This document shows, piece by piece, positions 49,838-59,391 of a stretch of DNA of 59,635 bases. How positions within the stretch are numbered: the first letter of the stretch is position 1; every line of letters begins with the position of its first letter. The notes under the pieces were generated by a model. That model worked only from the letters and a program-made list of their open reading frames with translations. It made no database searches and had not been told where the DNA came from. Both the position numbers and the translations under genes were made by a program. This DNA comes from Nitrososphaeraceae archaeon (GTDB taxonomy: Archaea; Thermoproteota; Nitrososphaeria; Nitrososphaerales; Nitrososphaeraceae): positions 1 through 59,635 of the forward strand of contig DATEFQ010000119.1 of NCBI GenBank assembly GCA_035280585.1, given 5' to 3'.

Positions 49838-50155
49838 TCATGCGTAATTTCTCCACGTATGACTACATTGAGTACATCTATAGAATTGAGTTGTAGCCTC
49901 ATCAGCAGATCTTGTTTGAAGCATCCACCAAAATGCCGTATTGTTTCCACATTTAGGACAATCAATACTTGTTGTTGGCAGAGCACTTGGCCCTTTCTCT
50001 GATTCAACTATCTTGAGGCTAGCTCCGCTTTGATCTATTAATGAAATTGATTTAATTTCGCTTTTTGCTTCTCTAAAACCGCACTTTGGACAGATTAAGA
50101 TATTTTCCTCTATTCTTGGTTTCATCCTACTTTCACAGTTTGGACAAAATTTCAA
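49838..50155 (-). CDS. tfs: Transcription factor S (TFS/RpoM)
   Basis: FCPNC...CPKCG; CPKCGN..WWMLQTRSADE..T.FYRCTQC with the catalytic DE intact. Confidence 0.94.
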   Translation of the reverse strand: MKFCPNCESRMKPRIEENILICPKCGFREAKSEIKSISLIDQSGASLKIVESEKGPSALPTTSIDCPKCGNNTAFWWMLQTRSADEATTQFYRCTQCSHTWRNYA

Positions 50156-50448
50156 GCAGAATCAGTGCTCTTTTCTTTGTTTATTGCCGACTCTATCGTA
50201 TCTTTCAATTTTACTGCATTACTAGATGAGGATTGCAATGCTTTGAGCAAGATATCAAGCGGTTTTGATTTCTTTGTTAAAATTCTAAAACTAAAATCCT
50301 CCTTTAATTGATGTTTCAATACAACGCCAGCAAATTCTACTTCCTTTTCGTTTAACAGTTCATGTTGAACAATGTATAGTATCGAAATATCTTCGTTGAC
50401 CCTCAAATTGATTTCATTTGATTTATAACTTTCTAACTCCGCCTGCAT
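50152..50448 (-). CDS. rpoL: RNA polymerase subunit Rpo11 (RpoL)
   Basis: VEFAGVVLKH pattern, 98 aa, conserved rpoL-tfs-pcn order. Confidence 0.8.
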   Translation of the reverse strand: MQAELESYKSNEINLRVNEDISILYIVQHELLNEKEVEFAGVVLKHQLKEDFSFRILTKKSKPLDILLKALQSSSSNAVKLKDTIESAINKEKSTDSA

Positions 50449-50488
50449 GATAGAGACAACTACTTATTGAAGATATAAATTATACCAT

Positions 50489-51010
50489 GTGCGAAACTTC
50501 TTGCAGAGGAGCTTTATCTCAGATATTAGGCTTGGTACATCTCACGAGAGCATTGAGTCAAATGATAGTTTGACGTTGAATCTAAGTTTTAACATTGATG
50601 GCCAAATAAGAGAAATTTTTTCGCAAAAAAATTGGGAAAGAGCATACGATAAGCACGATAATGGGTTTAGACTTACAGTTCAACTGGAATTAAAGGTCTG
50701 TACTAAGACGATTGAAAACATCAAATTTGTAAGAAAAGCAGTACTATTCTGGACAAGAAATCCTAAATTATCATATCGAGTATGGATTTCAATAATAAAA
50801 GAAGACACTCCTTATTATCCCTTAACCATAGAGGAAGCAAAATCCCTATTGTTCGATATAACTAAGAATATAGTACTCGATAGCAATGTGTTGAAAAAGG
50901 GAAAGAACAAAATTCAGGTTTCGATAAAGGTTTCTTGGGGCAAGCATCTTTATACAGAGCCTTCAGAGTTGCGGGGCGAGTCTGAATTTGTAAAAGTTAA
51001 TAAATTTTAA
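50489..51010 (+). CDS. Hypothetical protein
   Basis: 173-aa ORF divergent from rpoL; no motif recognised. Confidence 0.65.
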   Translation: MRNFLQRSFISDIRLGTSHESIESNDSLTLNLSFNIDGQIREIFSQKNWERAYDKHDNGFRLTVQLELKVCTKTIENIKFVRKAVLFWTRNPKLSYRVWISIIKEDTPYYPLTIEEAKSLLFDITKNIVLDSNVLKKGKNKIQVSIKVSWGKHLYTEPSELRGESEFVKVNKF

Positions 51011-51072
51011 ATTGTTCAATTCTCTTACCGACTGTCTTACTATAAATATAGTCTACTGTGATGAAAAACTTA

Positions 51073-51219
51073 ATGGCAAAGTTTGATGGTATCAAAGGAC
51101 AGGAATTATTGGATGTGGAAGAGCAAAAGGACGAAATTACGCTAATTTTCAAAGATAACCGATATCTGTTTGTCAAAATCGAAAATGGAAAATTGATTTG
51201 TGATTCAGTACCAGAATAA
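51073..51219 (+). CDS. 48-aa hypothetical microprotein (not in ORF track)
   Basis: MAKFDGIKGQELLDVEEQKDEITLIFKDNRYLFVKIENGKLICDSVPE*; TATAAATA at 51041; alternative in-frame ATG at 51061. Confidence 0.65.
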   Translation: MAKFDGIKGQELLDVEEQKDEITLIFKDNRYLFVKIENGKLICDSVPE

Positions 51220-51278
51220 TTCGATTTTAAAAAGTCAATAAACTATTAAATCATTTTAGATAATGGCGAGTATAATGA

Positions 51279-51953
51279 TTGATAAATTTGGTTACTATAG
51301 ATAGTATTAATAAAGATATCGTTAATTGTACTCAATGTGAGCGATTAGTTACCTACATAAGGAAAGTTGGCAAGGATAAGGTCAGACGTTATTCAAACGA
51401 TGCGTACTGGGCAAAACCAGTTACTGGATTTGGAGATATAAACGGAAAAGTACTGATTATCGGTCTTGCGCCAGGAGCTCATGGAGCCAATAGAACTGGC
51501 AGACTCTTTACTGGTGATCATTCTGGACAGTGGTTGATGAGGGCCTTATACCAAACTGGTTTTTCAAATAGCCCAGAAAGTACGTCAATTGACGATGGCT
51601 TGGTTCTGAATGATGTTTTCATTAATTCATGCATAAGGTGCGCGCCTCCATCAAATAAACCACTAAATTCAGAACTAGCAAACTGTTCGGAGTATCTTAT
51701 ACGTGAACTTGAATTATTAAAAAAAGTGAGGGTTGTGATAGCGCTGGGCCATATTTCATTCCACACGTACTGCAAGCTAAATGATTTAAGGAAATTAAAA
51801 TTCCATCATCTTGCAAATTACAGAGTGAATGACAAGCATTTGATAGCTTCATATCATCCTAGTCAACAGAACACACATACTCGACGGCTAAGATGGGAGA
51901 TGTGGCTTGAAGTATTCAAACTGACTAGGAGGATTCTCTCTGGTAATAATTAA
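51279..51953 (+). CDS. Uracil-DNA glycosylase family 5 (UdgB-like, Fe-S)
   Basis: CTQCERL, GLAPGAHGANRTGRLFTGD, RCAPP.NKP, C, YHPSQQNT. Confidence 0.9.
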   Translation: MINLVTIDSINKDIVNCTQCERLVTYIRKVGKDKVRRYSNDAYWAKPVTGFGDINGKVLIIGLAPGAHGANRTGRLFTGDHSGQWLMRALYQTGFSNSPESTSIDDGLVLNDVFINSCIRCAPPSNKPLNSELANCSEYLIRELELLKKVRVVIALGHISFHTYCKLNDLRKLKFHHLANYRVNDKHLIASYHPSQQNTHTRRLRWEMWLEVFKLTRRILSGNN

Positions 51954-52115
51954 AGTCTAAATGAAATAGTAACATAGCTACGATAATCAAAGCTATTTTG
52001 TTTTAAGTACGGAATATCATAAATTATTATGTCATTAAAATAAATAATTCACCAATGAGGGCGTAAATTAAAAATTCTGCAAACCATTAAAAGACAGTAT
52101 TTCTTTTAAAAAGTC

Positions 52116-53549
52116 ATGATTGGTAAAGGGTATATGTCAATACTGTTTATAGTGACCGCTATTGTTATGCTTTCAAATATCAATGTAAGTGCATACGCAC
52201 AGATTTCAGGTACATTTTCTGCAGATCTAAAGCCTCCCGCAGCTGTAAATTCAAAAGCAACCGGAAAGGTTACATTAGAACTGCAAGACAATGGGCAGAC
52301 TATAAAGTGGGACGCTAGCGGAAGCGGATTAGGTAATGTAAGCGGCGTAGTTATTTCTCAATGGACAGGAGGTAGAGGCCCTGATGTTGTATCACTCAAG
52401 CAAGCATCTACAAGTGGTCTTTGGACCAAGGGTTCCGGGAGTGCGAGTGGTACTTTTACTAAATCTGACTTGATAGGTCCTCTACAGGGCAAAGACATTG
52501 CAGATTTTGTCAAGGCCATCAATGATGGAAATATTGTTTTCCGCGTAATGACAATCACTAACCCATTAGGTGAAATTGTAGGCACTGTCACTGCTGGCAC
52601 AGGCAATGCAACTGCTAGCGCAGGGAATACAACAGGAACTGCAATGAATGCTACTGCTAACGCAACAGGAACTGCAATGAATGCTACTGCTAACGCAGCA
52701 GGAACAGCAATGAATGCTACTGCTAACGCAACAGGAACCGCAATGAATGCTACTGCTAACGCAGCAGGAACCGCAATGAATGCTACTGTGAATGCAACAG
52801 GAACAGCGATAGGTCAAGCAAAGAATATTCTTGCGACTACTGCAAACGCTGCTAAGAATGCAACAGGAGAAGTTATGACAAAGGCCAACAGTGTACTCAA
52901 TTTGGCTGCAAGCTCTGGAGCTAATGCTACAAAAACTGCGATGAACCAGGCAAAGGAGATTATGACGAATGTGACCAATAATGTCTCTAGTATTGCAACT
53001 AATGCAAGCAGAGCTGTATTGGCTGAAGCTAATAATCTAATTAACACTGCCTCTAACGCAACGACAAATGCTACTAATGCTACAGGAACAACCATGACTC
53101 AACCAGAGTCTGTTGTTAGCACACCTTCTAATGCAACTACAACGACAAATGCTACTAATGCAACAGGAGAAGTTATGACAAAGGCCAACAGTGTACTCAA
53201 TTTGGCTGCAAGTTCTGGAGCTAATGCTACACAAACTGCAATGAACCAAGCAAAGGACATTATGACGAATGTGACCAATAATGTCTCTAGTATTGCAACA
53301 AATGCAAGCAGAGCTGTATTGGCTGAAGCTAATAATCTAATTAACACTGCCTCTAACGCGACGACAAATGCTACTAATGCAACAGGAACAACAATGACTC
53401 CATCTGTTAGCGCACCTTCTAACGCAACTACAACGACAACTACAACGACAACTACAACAACAAATGCAACAGGAGCAAAGGGTAATGAGACCGGCAATCC
53501 GATCTTGGACGCCTTGAAGAGCATCTTTGGTGGAATTACTGGAAAGTGA
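52116..53549 (+). CDS. Secreted CHRD-like domain protein with a long Asn/Ala/Thr-rich repetitive tail
   Basis: Signal peptide (..VSAYA), FSADL, SKATG, SDLIGPLQGK, NPLGEIVG; low-complexity repeats in the C-terminal two-thirds. Confidence 0.8.
   Translation: MIGKGYMSILFIVTAIVMLSNINVSAYAQISGTFSADLKPPAAVNSKATGKVTLELQDNGQTIKWDASGSGLGNVSGVVISQWTGGRGPDVVSLKQASTSGLWTKGSGSASGTFTKSDLIGPLQGKDIADFVKAINDGNIVFRVMTITNPLGEIVGTVTAGTGNATASAGNTTGTAMNATANATGTAMNATANAAGTAMNATANATGTAMNATANAAGTAMNATVNATGTAIGQAKNILATTANAAKNATGEVMTKANSVLNLAASSGANATKTAMNQAKEIMTNVTNNVSSIATNASRAVLAEANNLINTASNATTNATNATGTTMTQPESVVSTPSNATTTTNATNATGEVMTKANSVLNLAASSGANATQTAMNQAKDIMTNVTNNVSSIATNASRAVLAEANNLINTASNATTNATNATGTTMTPSVSAPSNATTTTTTTTTTTTNATGAKGNETGNPILDALKSIFGGITGK
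52631..52805 (+). repeat. 33-bp coding tandem repeat, about 5 copies (GTAMNATANA[T/A])
   Basis: aacaggaactgcaatgaatgctactgctaacgc at period 33, with no spacers. Confidence 0.93.
52857..53400 (+). repeat. Internal direct duplication with period 300 bp
   Basis: 52857-53100 is near-identical to 53157-53400 (both begin aatgcaacaggagaagttatgacaaaggcc). Confidence 0.93.
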
Positions 53550-53634
53550 GTCCTAGTCGCGTCTGCGACAAATCATATTTTTATTTATATATCTTAGCCC
53601 TTAAGACCTTATATTAAACTGAACAGCCTGATTA

Positions 53635-53895
53635 TTACAAATCATTAATTATTGAGCGCAAATTATCTGGAAGCTCAGGTATTGAACCCGTGTGACTTTC
53701 GTTATTTTGGAGAATATCTTGTCCAATTCTGCGAATCTTTTGCGTAGCAATCAATGTATCGATTGCTGATTCTATTTCCTTGGGAGTGAAATATCCACCT
53801 AGTTTTGTTTTTAGCATTTCTTCAGAATCATATTTATATATGCAATGTTGGATTAGCAGTAATTTCTCTTCAAATGTGAAATGAGACATAGGCAC
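53635..53895 (-). CDS. Small hypothetical protein (possible winged helix)
   Basis: 86 aa; EIESAIDTLIATQKIRR pattern is wHTH-like. Confidence 0.6.
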   Translation of the reverse strand: MPMSHFTFEEKLLLIQHCIYKYDSEEMLKTKLGGYFTPKEIESAIDTLIATQKIRRIGQDILQNNESHTGSIPELPDNLRSIINDL

Positions 53896-54001
53896 ATTAC
53901 AGATCCAACCAAATAAAAATCACTCTATTATTTTAATCGTGTTTTGTTAATGCTCTCAAAAAGGGAACAATACACGTATTAATCTCCCTTATTATTATAC
54001 A

Positions 54002-55417
54002 TTGTCACAAATGCGTTTGGTAATGAAATTTGGAGGCACTGCCGTAGATTCGGGTAAAAAAATTGTACACATTACTGATCTGATAAAGTCATATCACAAT
54101 AAAGGTAACGAAATAATTGGGGTTTTTTCTGCAGTAACAGGCGTTACTGATGAAATCTTAAAGATCTCAAGATACATTTTAAAAAAAGATAAAAATAAGA
54201 TAAAAGAATTTATCAATAATACAAGATCAATACATGTGGATATCATTAACGAATGTATAAAAAATAATGCCCATAAAGCCAAGGCTCTGCAGGTAGTAGA
54301 AATTCTCCTAAAAGAAATGGAGAGCATATTAAATGGACTGGTATTACTAGCAGAAGTGACTGAAAAAGCCTTGGATCACTTGCTCTCTTTTGGCGAACGT
54401 CTTCTCACTCCAATAATATCGTATTCTTTATTAGATAAGGGAATTAATTCCGTGTACTTGACTGGCCAAGAGGCAGGCATATTAACTGACTCAAAATACG
54501 GTCAGGCACGTCCGCTTATAGATACAACTAAAATTCGTGTAAAACATAACATAGATCCGTTATTAAAAGAAAAAAAAATTCCTGTAATTACTGGTTTTAT
54601 TGGAGCTGATCAAAATGGAAATACAACTACACTGGGAAGAAGTGGTTCAGATTATACCGCCACAATTATAGCTGCATGCATTGATGCCGACGAGGTATGG
54701 TTATGGACAGATGTAAATGGCCTTATGACTGCGGATCCACATATTGTGAAACAAGCAAAAGTTCTTAGAGAAGTATCATTTGCAGAGGCAATTGAATTGT
54801 CGCTATTTGGAGCCAAGTACATGCATCCTAGAGCCCTGGAACCAGTTATGGATAGCAAGATCCCGATAAGGATTAGGAATGCATTTAATTTATCAAACCA
54901 GGGGACAGTAATTTCAAAACTGCCTAGCAAGTCTTCAGAGAAGATTGTAAAATCAATAATCGCTATACGGAACACTGCCCTAATTGACGTGAGTGGTGGA
55001 GCGATGGTCGGAGCACCTGGAACTGCCGCAAAAATTTTTGATGCTTTAGCAAAAAAAAGCGTCAACATCATGATGATCTCTCAAAGCCCCTCAGAGTCCA
55101 GCATTTCGATGGTCGTAAAAAAAGACGATTTGGATACTGCAATAACCACATTGGATTTGACACTTGTCGATAACCTGATAAAGAATGTGAGAGTCAATGA
55201 GGATGTAGCTGTTATCGCAGTGGTTGGATCCGGCATGAGGGGAATAAAGGGAATTGCAGCTAAAGTTTTTAGCTCCATCTCAGAAAAAAAGATTAATGTC
55301 ATTATGATTACACAAGGGTCTTCCGAGCTCAATTTGGCATTTGTGGTTAATAATACCGATTGTGAAAAGGCGGTAAGATCACTGCATGAAACTTTCACGC
55401 TTACTAAAATTAACTGA
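54002..55417 (+). CDS. lysC: Aspartate kinase
   Basis: MKFGGT, SFGERL, TLGRSGSDYTA, WTDVNG..ADP, MHPR, two ACT domains. Confidence 0.95.
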   Translation: MSQMRLVMKFGGTAVDSGKKIVHITDLIKSYHNKGNEIIGVFSAVTGVTDEILKISRYILKKDKNKIKEFINNTRSIHVDIINECIKNNAHKAKALQVVEILLKEMESILNGLVLLAEVTEKALDHLLSFGERLLTPIISYSLLDKGINSVYLTGQEAGILTDSKYGQARPLIDTTKIRVKHNIDPLLKEKKIPVITGFIGADQNGNTTTLGRSGSDYTATIIAACIDADEVWLWTDVNGLMTADPHIVKQAKVLREVSFAEAIELSLFGAKYMHPRALEPVMDSKIPIRIRNAFNLSNQGTVISKLPSKSSEKIVKSIIAIRNTALIDVSGGAMVGAPGTAAKIFDALAKKSVNIMMISQSPSESSISMVVKKDDLDTAITTLDLTLVDNLIKNVRVNEDVAVIAVVGSGMRGIKGIAAKVFSSISEKKINVIMITQGSSELNLAFVVNNTDCEKAVRSLHETFTLTKIN

Positions 55418-55526
55418 AGGTCCACTAATCACTAATCATAGCCACTTTGCTCAACTCTAATTAATTAGTGCTGAAATATTGGTCTGTAAATTTGGATGAA
55501 CTATCAATATTAAAATATAATTAAAA

Positions 55527-56828
55527 ATGAATAGATTCAATTTGTACAGATTTTCTCATATTACCGATTGCCACCTAGGTTCATGGAGAAACCCCAAACT
55601 TAGAGATTTGAATATAGATGCATTTGAAAGATCAATACTAATCTCTATAAAAGAACAAGTTGATTTCATTCTGATTACCGGAGATTTTTTTGATGTAAAT
55701 ATTCCTCAACTTGCACCGGTAAAGAAAGCTGTAGAAATTATGAAGCACGCAAGAGATTCAGGCATTCCAATATACATGATATACGGTTCACACGATTTTA
55801 GTACAGCAAATATCTCGATGATAGATATCTTGCATTCAGCAGAATTGTTTATCAAACCAACCGAATTCGAATTCAATACTGATTCCATAATACTGAAATT
55901 TTTTGTTGACCAGAAAACTGGAGCAAAAATAACTGGTGTTTCAGGAAGGAAGGTTGGCTTGGACAAGGAAATTTATGAAAGACTCGACAAGGAAAAGTTA
56001 GAATCAGAAGATGGATTTAAAATTTTTCTTCTGCACAAGGGAATTCAAGAAGTTCTCCCGTCAAACTTGCAATTCAGAGATTCAATACCAATATCTCTCA
56101 TTCCAAAAGGTTTTGACTATTATGGTGGAGGGCATATTCATAAGAGAGTCGAAAAGAAAATGGGTGGCGGCATGATTGCCTATCCGGGGCCTCTATTTGG
56201 TTCTACATTTCAAGACTTGGAAGAAACTGCAAAAGGAGAAACAAGAGGTTTCTATATAATTTCTTTCGATAAACAAATTATTGACTGTAAATTTATTGAG
56301 ATAAATGTAGCAGAAATACTTTATAAGGAAATATTTTCACAAAAGTGGAATTCAGATAAGCTAATAGATGAAATCACAAGAAACATATCTGAACTTGAAG
56401 TCAAAGATAAAATAGTACTAATTAAGGTAAAAGGAAAGTTACTTGGAAAACGTTCGAATATCGACTTTGGAAAATTCAGTTTGGATATTTCAGAAAGGGG
56501 TGCCTTATTATCATTTATTAATATAAATAATCTGTCAACAGATGAAACATGCACCGTAGCAGTACAAAGCAATAACAAATTGGATATTGAGAGGGAAATT
56601 TTTCATGAAAGCATTAAGAACTTTCAAACAGATTCTACTCTATCAAATAAGCTCAAAACTCAAATTAATTCTAAATTAACTGGCAGACCCGGAGAAAACA
56701 TTTCAATTTCTCTTCTAGATGTCCTTCGAAGCGAAAAGCTAGAAAATGAGAATGCAAGTGCATATGATGACAGGATTATATCCATTGCAAAATCGGTTTT
56801 TGACGAAGGTTATTTTTGTGATAATTAA
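55527..56828 (+). CDS. mre11: DNA double-strand break repair nuclease Mre11
   Basis: DCHLG, TGDFFD, GSHD, LLHK, GGHIH, YPGP; upstream of rad50. Confidence 0.9.
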   Translation: MNRFNLYRFSHITDCHLGSWRNPKLRDLNIDAFERSILISIKEQVDFILITGDFFDVNIPQLAPVKKAVEIMKHARDSGIPIYMIYGSHDFSTANISMIDILHSAELFIKPTEFEFNTDSIILKFFVDQKTGAKITGVSGRKVGLDKEIYERLDKEKLESEDGFKIFLLHKGIQEVLPSNLQFRDSIPISLIPKGFDYYGGGHIHKRVEKKMGGGMIAYPGPLFGSTFQDLEETAKGETRGFYIISFDKQIIDCKFIEINVAEILYKEIFSQKWNSDKLIDEITRNISELEVKDKIVLIKVKGKLLGKRSNIDFGKFSLDISERGALLSFININNLSTDETCTVAVQSNNKLDIEREIFHESIKNFQTDSTLSNKLKTQINSKLTGRPGENISISLLDVLRSEKLENENASAYDDRIISIAKSVFDEGYFCDN

Positions 56829-59391
56829 AAAAATCGAAATTACTAATATCAGAAGCTACAAAGAAAAGACATCAATAGAGCTTCCCATAGGAACGATACT
56901 GTTTCAAGGTGATATAGGTTCGGGTAAATCTACAATCCTTTCTGCTATTGAATTTGCCCTGTTTGGTTTAGGGGATGTTGATGCAAATCATTTACTTCGC
57001 ATTGGTGAAAGTAAAGGTTCAGTACTCTTGGAGTTTGAAAGTAGTGGAAAGTCCTATATTGTATTTAGGTCCCTTTTGAGAAGAGGAAATAAAATTTTTC
57101 AGGAAGAAGGTTTGTTGTATGAAAATGGAGTCAAAAATTCATATTCAGTTAGTGAGTTAAAATCAAGAATTTTAAATATAATAGGAATAAATGAAAAAAC
57201 ACAAACAAAAACAACTTCAACAATCTATCGTTTTGCAATATACACTCCCCAGGAGATGATGAAGAGCGTGTTAAGTGCCAACAACGAAAAAAGAGTTGAA
57301 ATACTGAGAAGAGCATTTGGTATTGAAGACTATAGTATTGCCAAAAAAAATGCTGAAAAATTCTCTTCGTGGATACGTACCCTGACTAGGATAAAAAAAT
57401 CACTGATAAATGATCTTTCTTTGTTCAGAGTAGATCTACAAAAAATAAGAGATACATCGGAATCTTTGAAAGAAGAAATTGACTATTTTAATGACACTAT
57501 AATAAGTCTCAATAATCAAATCCAGATAATCCTCAAAGATATTTTGGAGATGAGAAAAAGGAAGGAGAGTATGATCCAAGCAGAATCTACTATCATTCAT
57601 CTTCAATCAACAATTGACAAGAATATTCAACTCAAAGCGCAAATGAATTTAGAACTTGGTCGGATGAATCAAGAATTAAATAGTATTTGTCAGAGTGAGA
57701 AAATAGTTGCTGATCTTACTGAACAGTATCAGGAATACGTCCAAAAAAGAAAGGAACTAGTAAATGTTACTGAGAAAGCGCTACAGTATGATAAGCAATT
57801 AATACAAAAAGTAAAACTAGAAAGTAACATTAAAAGTGAGACTGAAATGCTTAACTCTGATATTCAAAAGCTAGATTTAGAGTTATCAGAACTTTCGTCA
57901 GAACTGGGAAGCTGTAATGCAGAAATTAAGGATTTGGACAAGCTAATTGAAGAAGAAGGTTTATTAAAAAATATCATAGCTGATTCAAGTAAATTCCAAG
58001 TAGAAATGGATGGGATTTCTGATATTCTTTCTAACACTAAATCCGAAATAAATTCTATTAAAAACCAAATATCAGACCAAAAATCAGAATTAGATACGGT
58101 TTTACACTTAAAACAGAATGCGGAATGTCCGTACTGCAATCAGAAATTAGATCAACAGCACTTGCAAGCATTGGAAAATAAATTTTTGCAAAGAAGTGAA
58201 TACTTGAAAGATAAAATTATTCATTTAGAGAAAGTCCTGAAAGAGAACCAAGGGAAAAAAGATGAAATTTTAATCAAAATTAATGAAGCAGAGTCTAACA
58301 AATTAGAATTAAGAAGAGTAGAGCTCCAAATAGCAAAATTAAATGTAGTTCAAAAGAACATAAAACAATTGCATATAAAGATAAATCAAAAAGTATTAAA
58401 CAGGAAAACTTTGCAAGAAAAAGCTGAAAAGAAAGTTTGGCTAGTTAAAATTGACAAATTAAAAGAAATAACTGATGAATTAAAATCACTCTCTGCTTAC
58501 AAAAATAGGTACGATATATTAAGTAACATCGTAAATCATTATCATAAAATTAATCTGGAAAATACATACATGGAACATTCCAATGCAATCAAATCCAAAC
58601 AAGGAGTCTTAGAAAAGATTACAAGCAAAGAACAAACGTTACTGGTATTAAATGACGAGATTACATCTCTATCTGACAAACTTGCTAAAGCAAGATCAAT
58701 TCACAGTGAAAATGAAATGGTAACTATAAAGTTGAATGAATTAGACTCACAGAAAGTAACATTTGAAAATGATTTAATGAATAAAAAAGAACAGCTTGCA
58801 ATAAGAAGGGCTGATCAAGAAAGTAATCTGAAACAAATCGAAACACTCAATAAAAAAATATCCGAGTTAGAAGTGCAGGCTGATAAAATCATTTTTACAG
58901 ATCATGTAGGTGCGTGGTTGAATCAACATTTTATTCCCTCACTAGTACAGATAGAGTCACAAGTGCTTGTTAGTGTAAAAGAAGAATTCAATAAACTCTT
59001 TCAGAAGTGGTTTTATTTACTGATTGAAGTTAGTGATATAGATGCAGAAATTGATGAATTTTTCACACCGGTCGTAAATCAGAATGGATATCGTCTAGAA
59101 GTTGAGAGTCTAAGTGGGGGTGAGAAAACCTCGGTTGCACTTGCCTACAGACTTGCTCTTAACGAAATTATAAGGAGAATCATAATGCTCGATGATAATC
59201 TCCTAATTTTAGATGAACCTACGGATGGTTTTAGCAAGGAGCAGTTAGTTCAAATCAAACATGTATTAGACGAGCTTAGCGCAGCTCAGGTTATAGTGGT
59301 TTCTCATGAAAAGGAATTAGAAGGATTTGTGGAAACAATTTTTAGAGTAATGAAAGAACGTGAAAAATCGCAAGTTGAATTAGTAGTCTAA
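56818..59391 (+). CDS. rad50: DNA double-strand break repair ATPase Rad50
   Basis: NIRSY, GDIGSGKS, Q-loop YTPQ, coiled coil with zinc hook CPYC, LSGGE, ILDEPT, VSH; start placed at GTG 56818. Confidence 0.92.
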   Translation: MIIKKIEITNIRSYKEKTSIELPIGTILFQGDIGSGKSTILSAIEFALFGLGDVDANHLLRIGESKGSVLLEFESSGKSYIVFRSLLRRGNKIFQEEGLLYENGVKNSYSVSELKSRILNIIGINEKTQTKTTSTIYRFAIYTPQEMMKSVLSANNEKRVEILRRAFGIEDYSIAKKNAEKFSSWIRTLTRIKKSLINDLSLFRVDLQKIRDTSESLKEEIDYFNDTIISLNNQIQIILKDILEMRKRKESMIQAESTIIHLQSTIDKNIQLKAQMNLELGRMNQELNSICQSEKIVADLTEQYQEYVQKRKELVNVTEKALQYDKQLIQKVKLESNIKSETEMLNSDIQKLDLELSELSSELGSCNAEIKDLDKLIEEEGLLKNIIADSSKFQVEMDGISDILSNTKSEINSIKNQISDQKSELDTVLHLKQNAECPYCNQKLDQQHLQALENKFLQRSEYLKDKIIHLEKVLKENQGKKDEILIKINEAESNKLELRRVELQIAKLNVVQKNIKQLHIKINQKVLNRKTLQEKAEKKVWLVKIDKLKEITDELKSLSAYKNRYDILSNIVNHYHKINLENTYMEHSNAIKSKQGVLEKITSKEQTLLVLNDEITSLSDKLAKARSIHSENEMVTIKLNELDSQKVTFENDLMNKKEQLAIRRADQESNLKQIETLNKKISELEVQADKIIFTDHVGAWLNQHFIPSLVQIESQVLVSVKEEFNKLFQKWFYLLIEVSDIDAEIDEFFTPVVNQNGYRLEVESLSGGEKTSVALAYRLALNEIIRRIIMLDDNLLILDEPTDGFSKEQLVQIKHVLDELSAAQVIVVSHEKELEGFVETIFRVMKEREKSQVELVV

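Noticed and set aside
52631-52805. 33-bp repeats as a CRISPR array
   Set aside because: The repeats are contiguous with no unique spacers, are in frame within a CDS, and there are no cas genes
52358-53524. Minus-strand ORFs including the Cys-rich (SSIHCxSCCV)n and poly-Val ORFs
   Set aside because: Antisense shadows of the Asn/Ala/Thr repeats of 52116-53549
56746-56817. N-terminal extension of Rad50
   Set aside because: It overlaps mre11; the Rad50 N-terminal strand begins at GTG 56818
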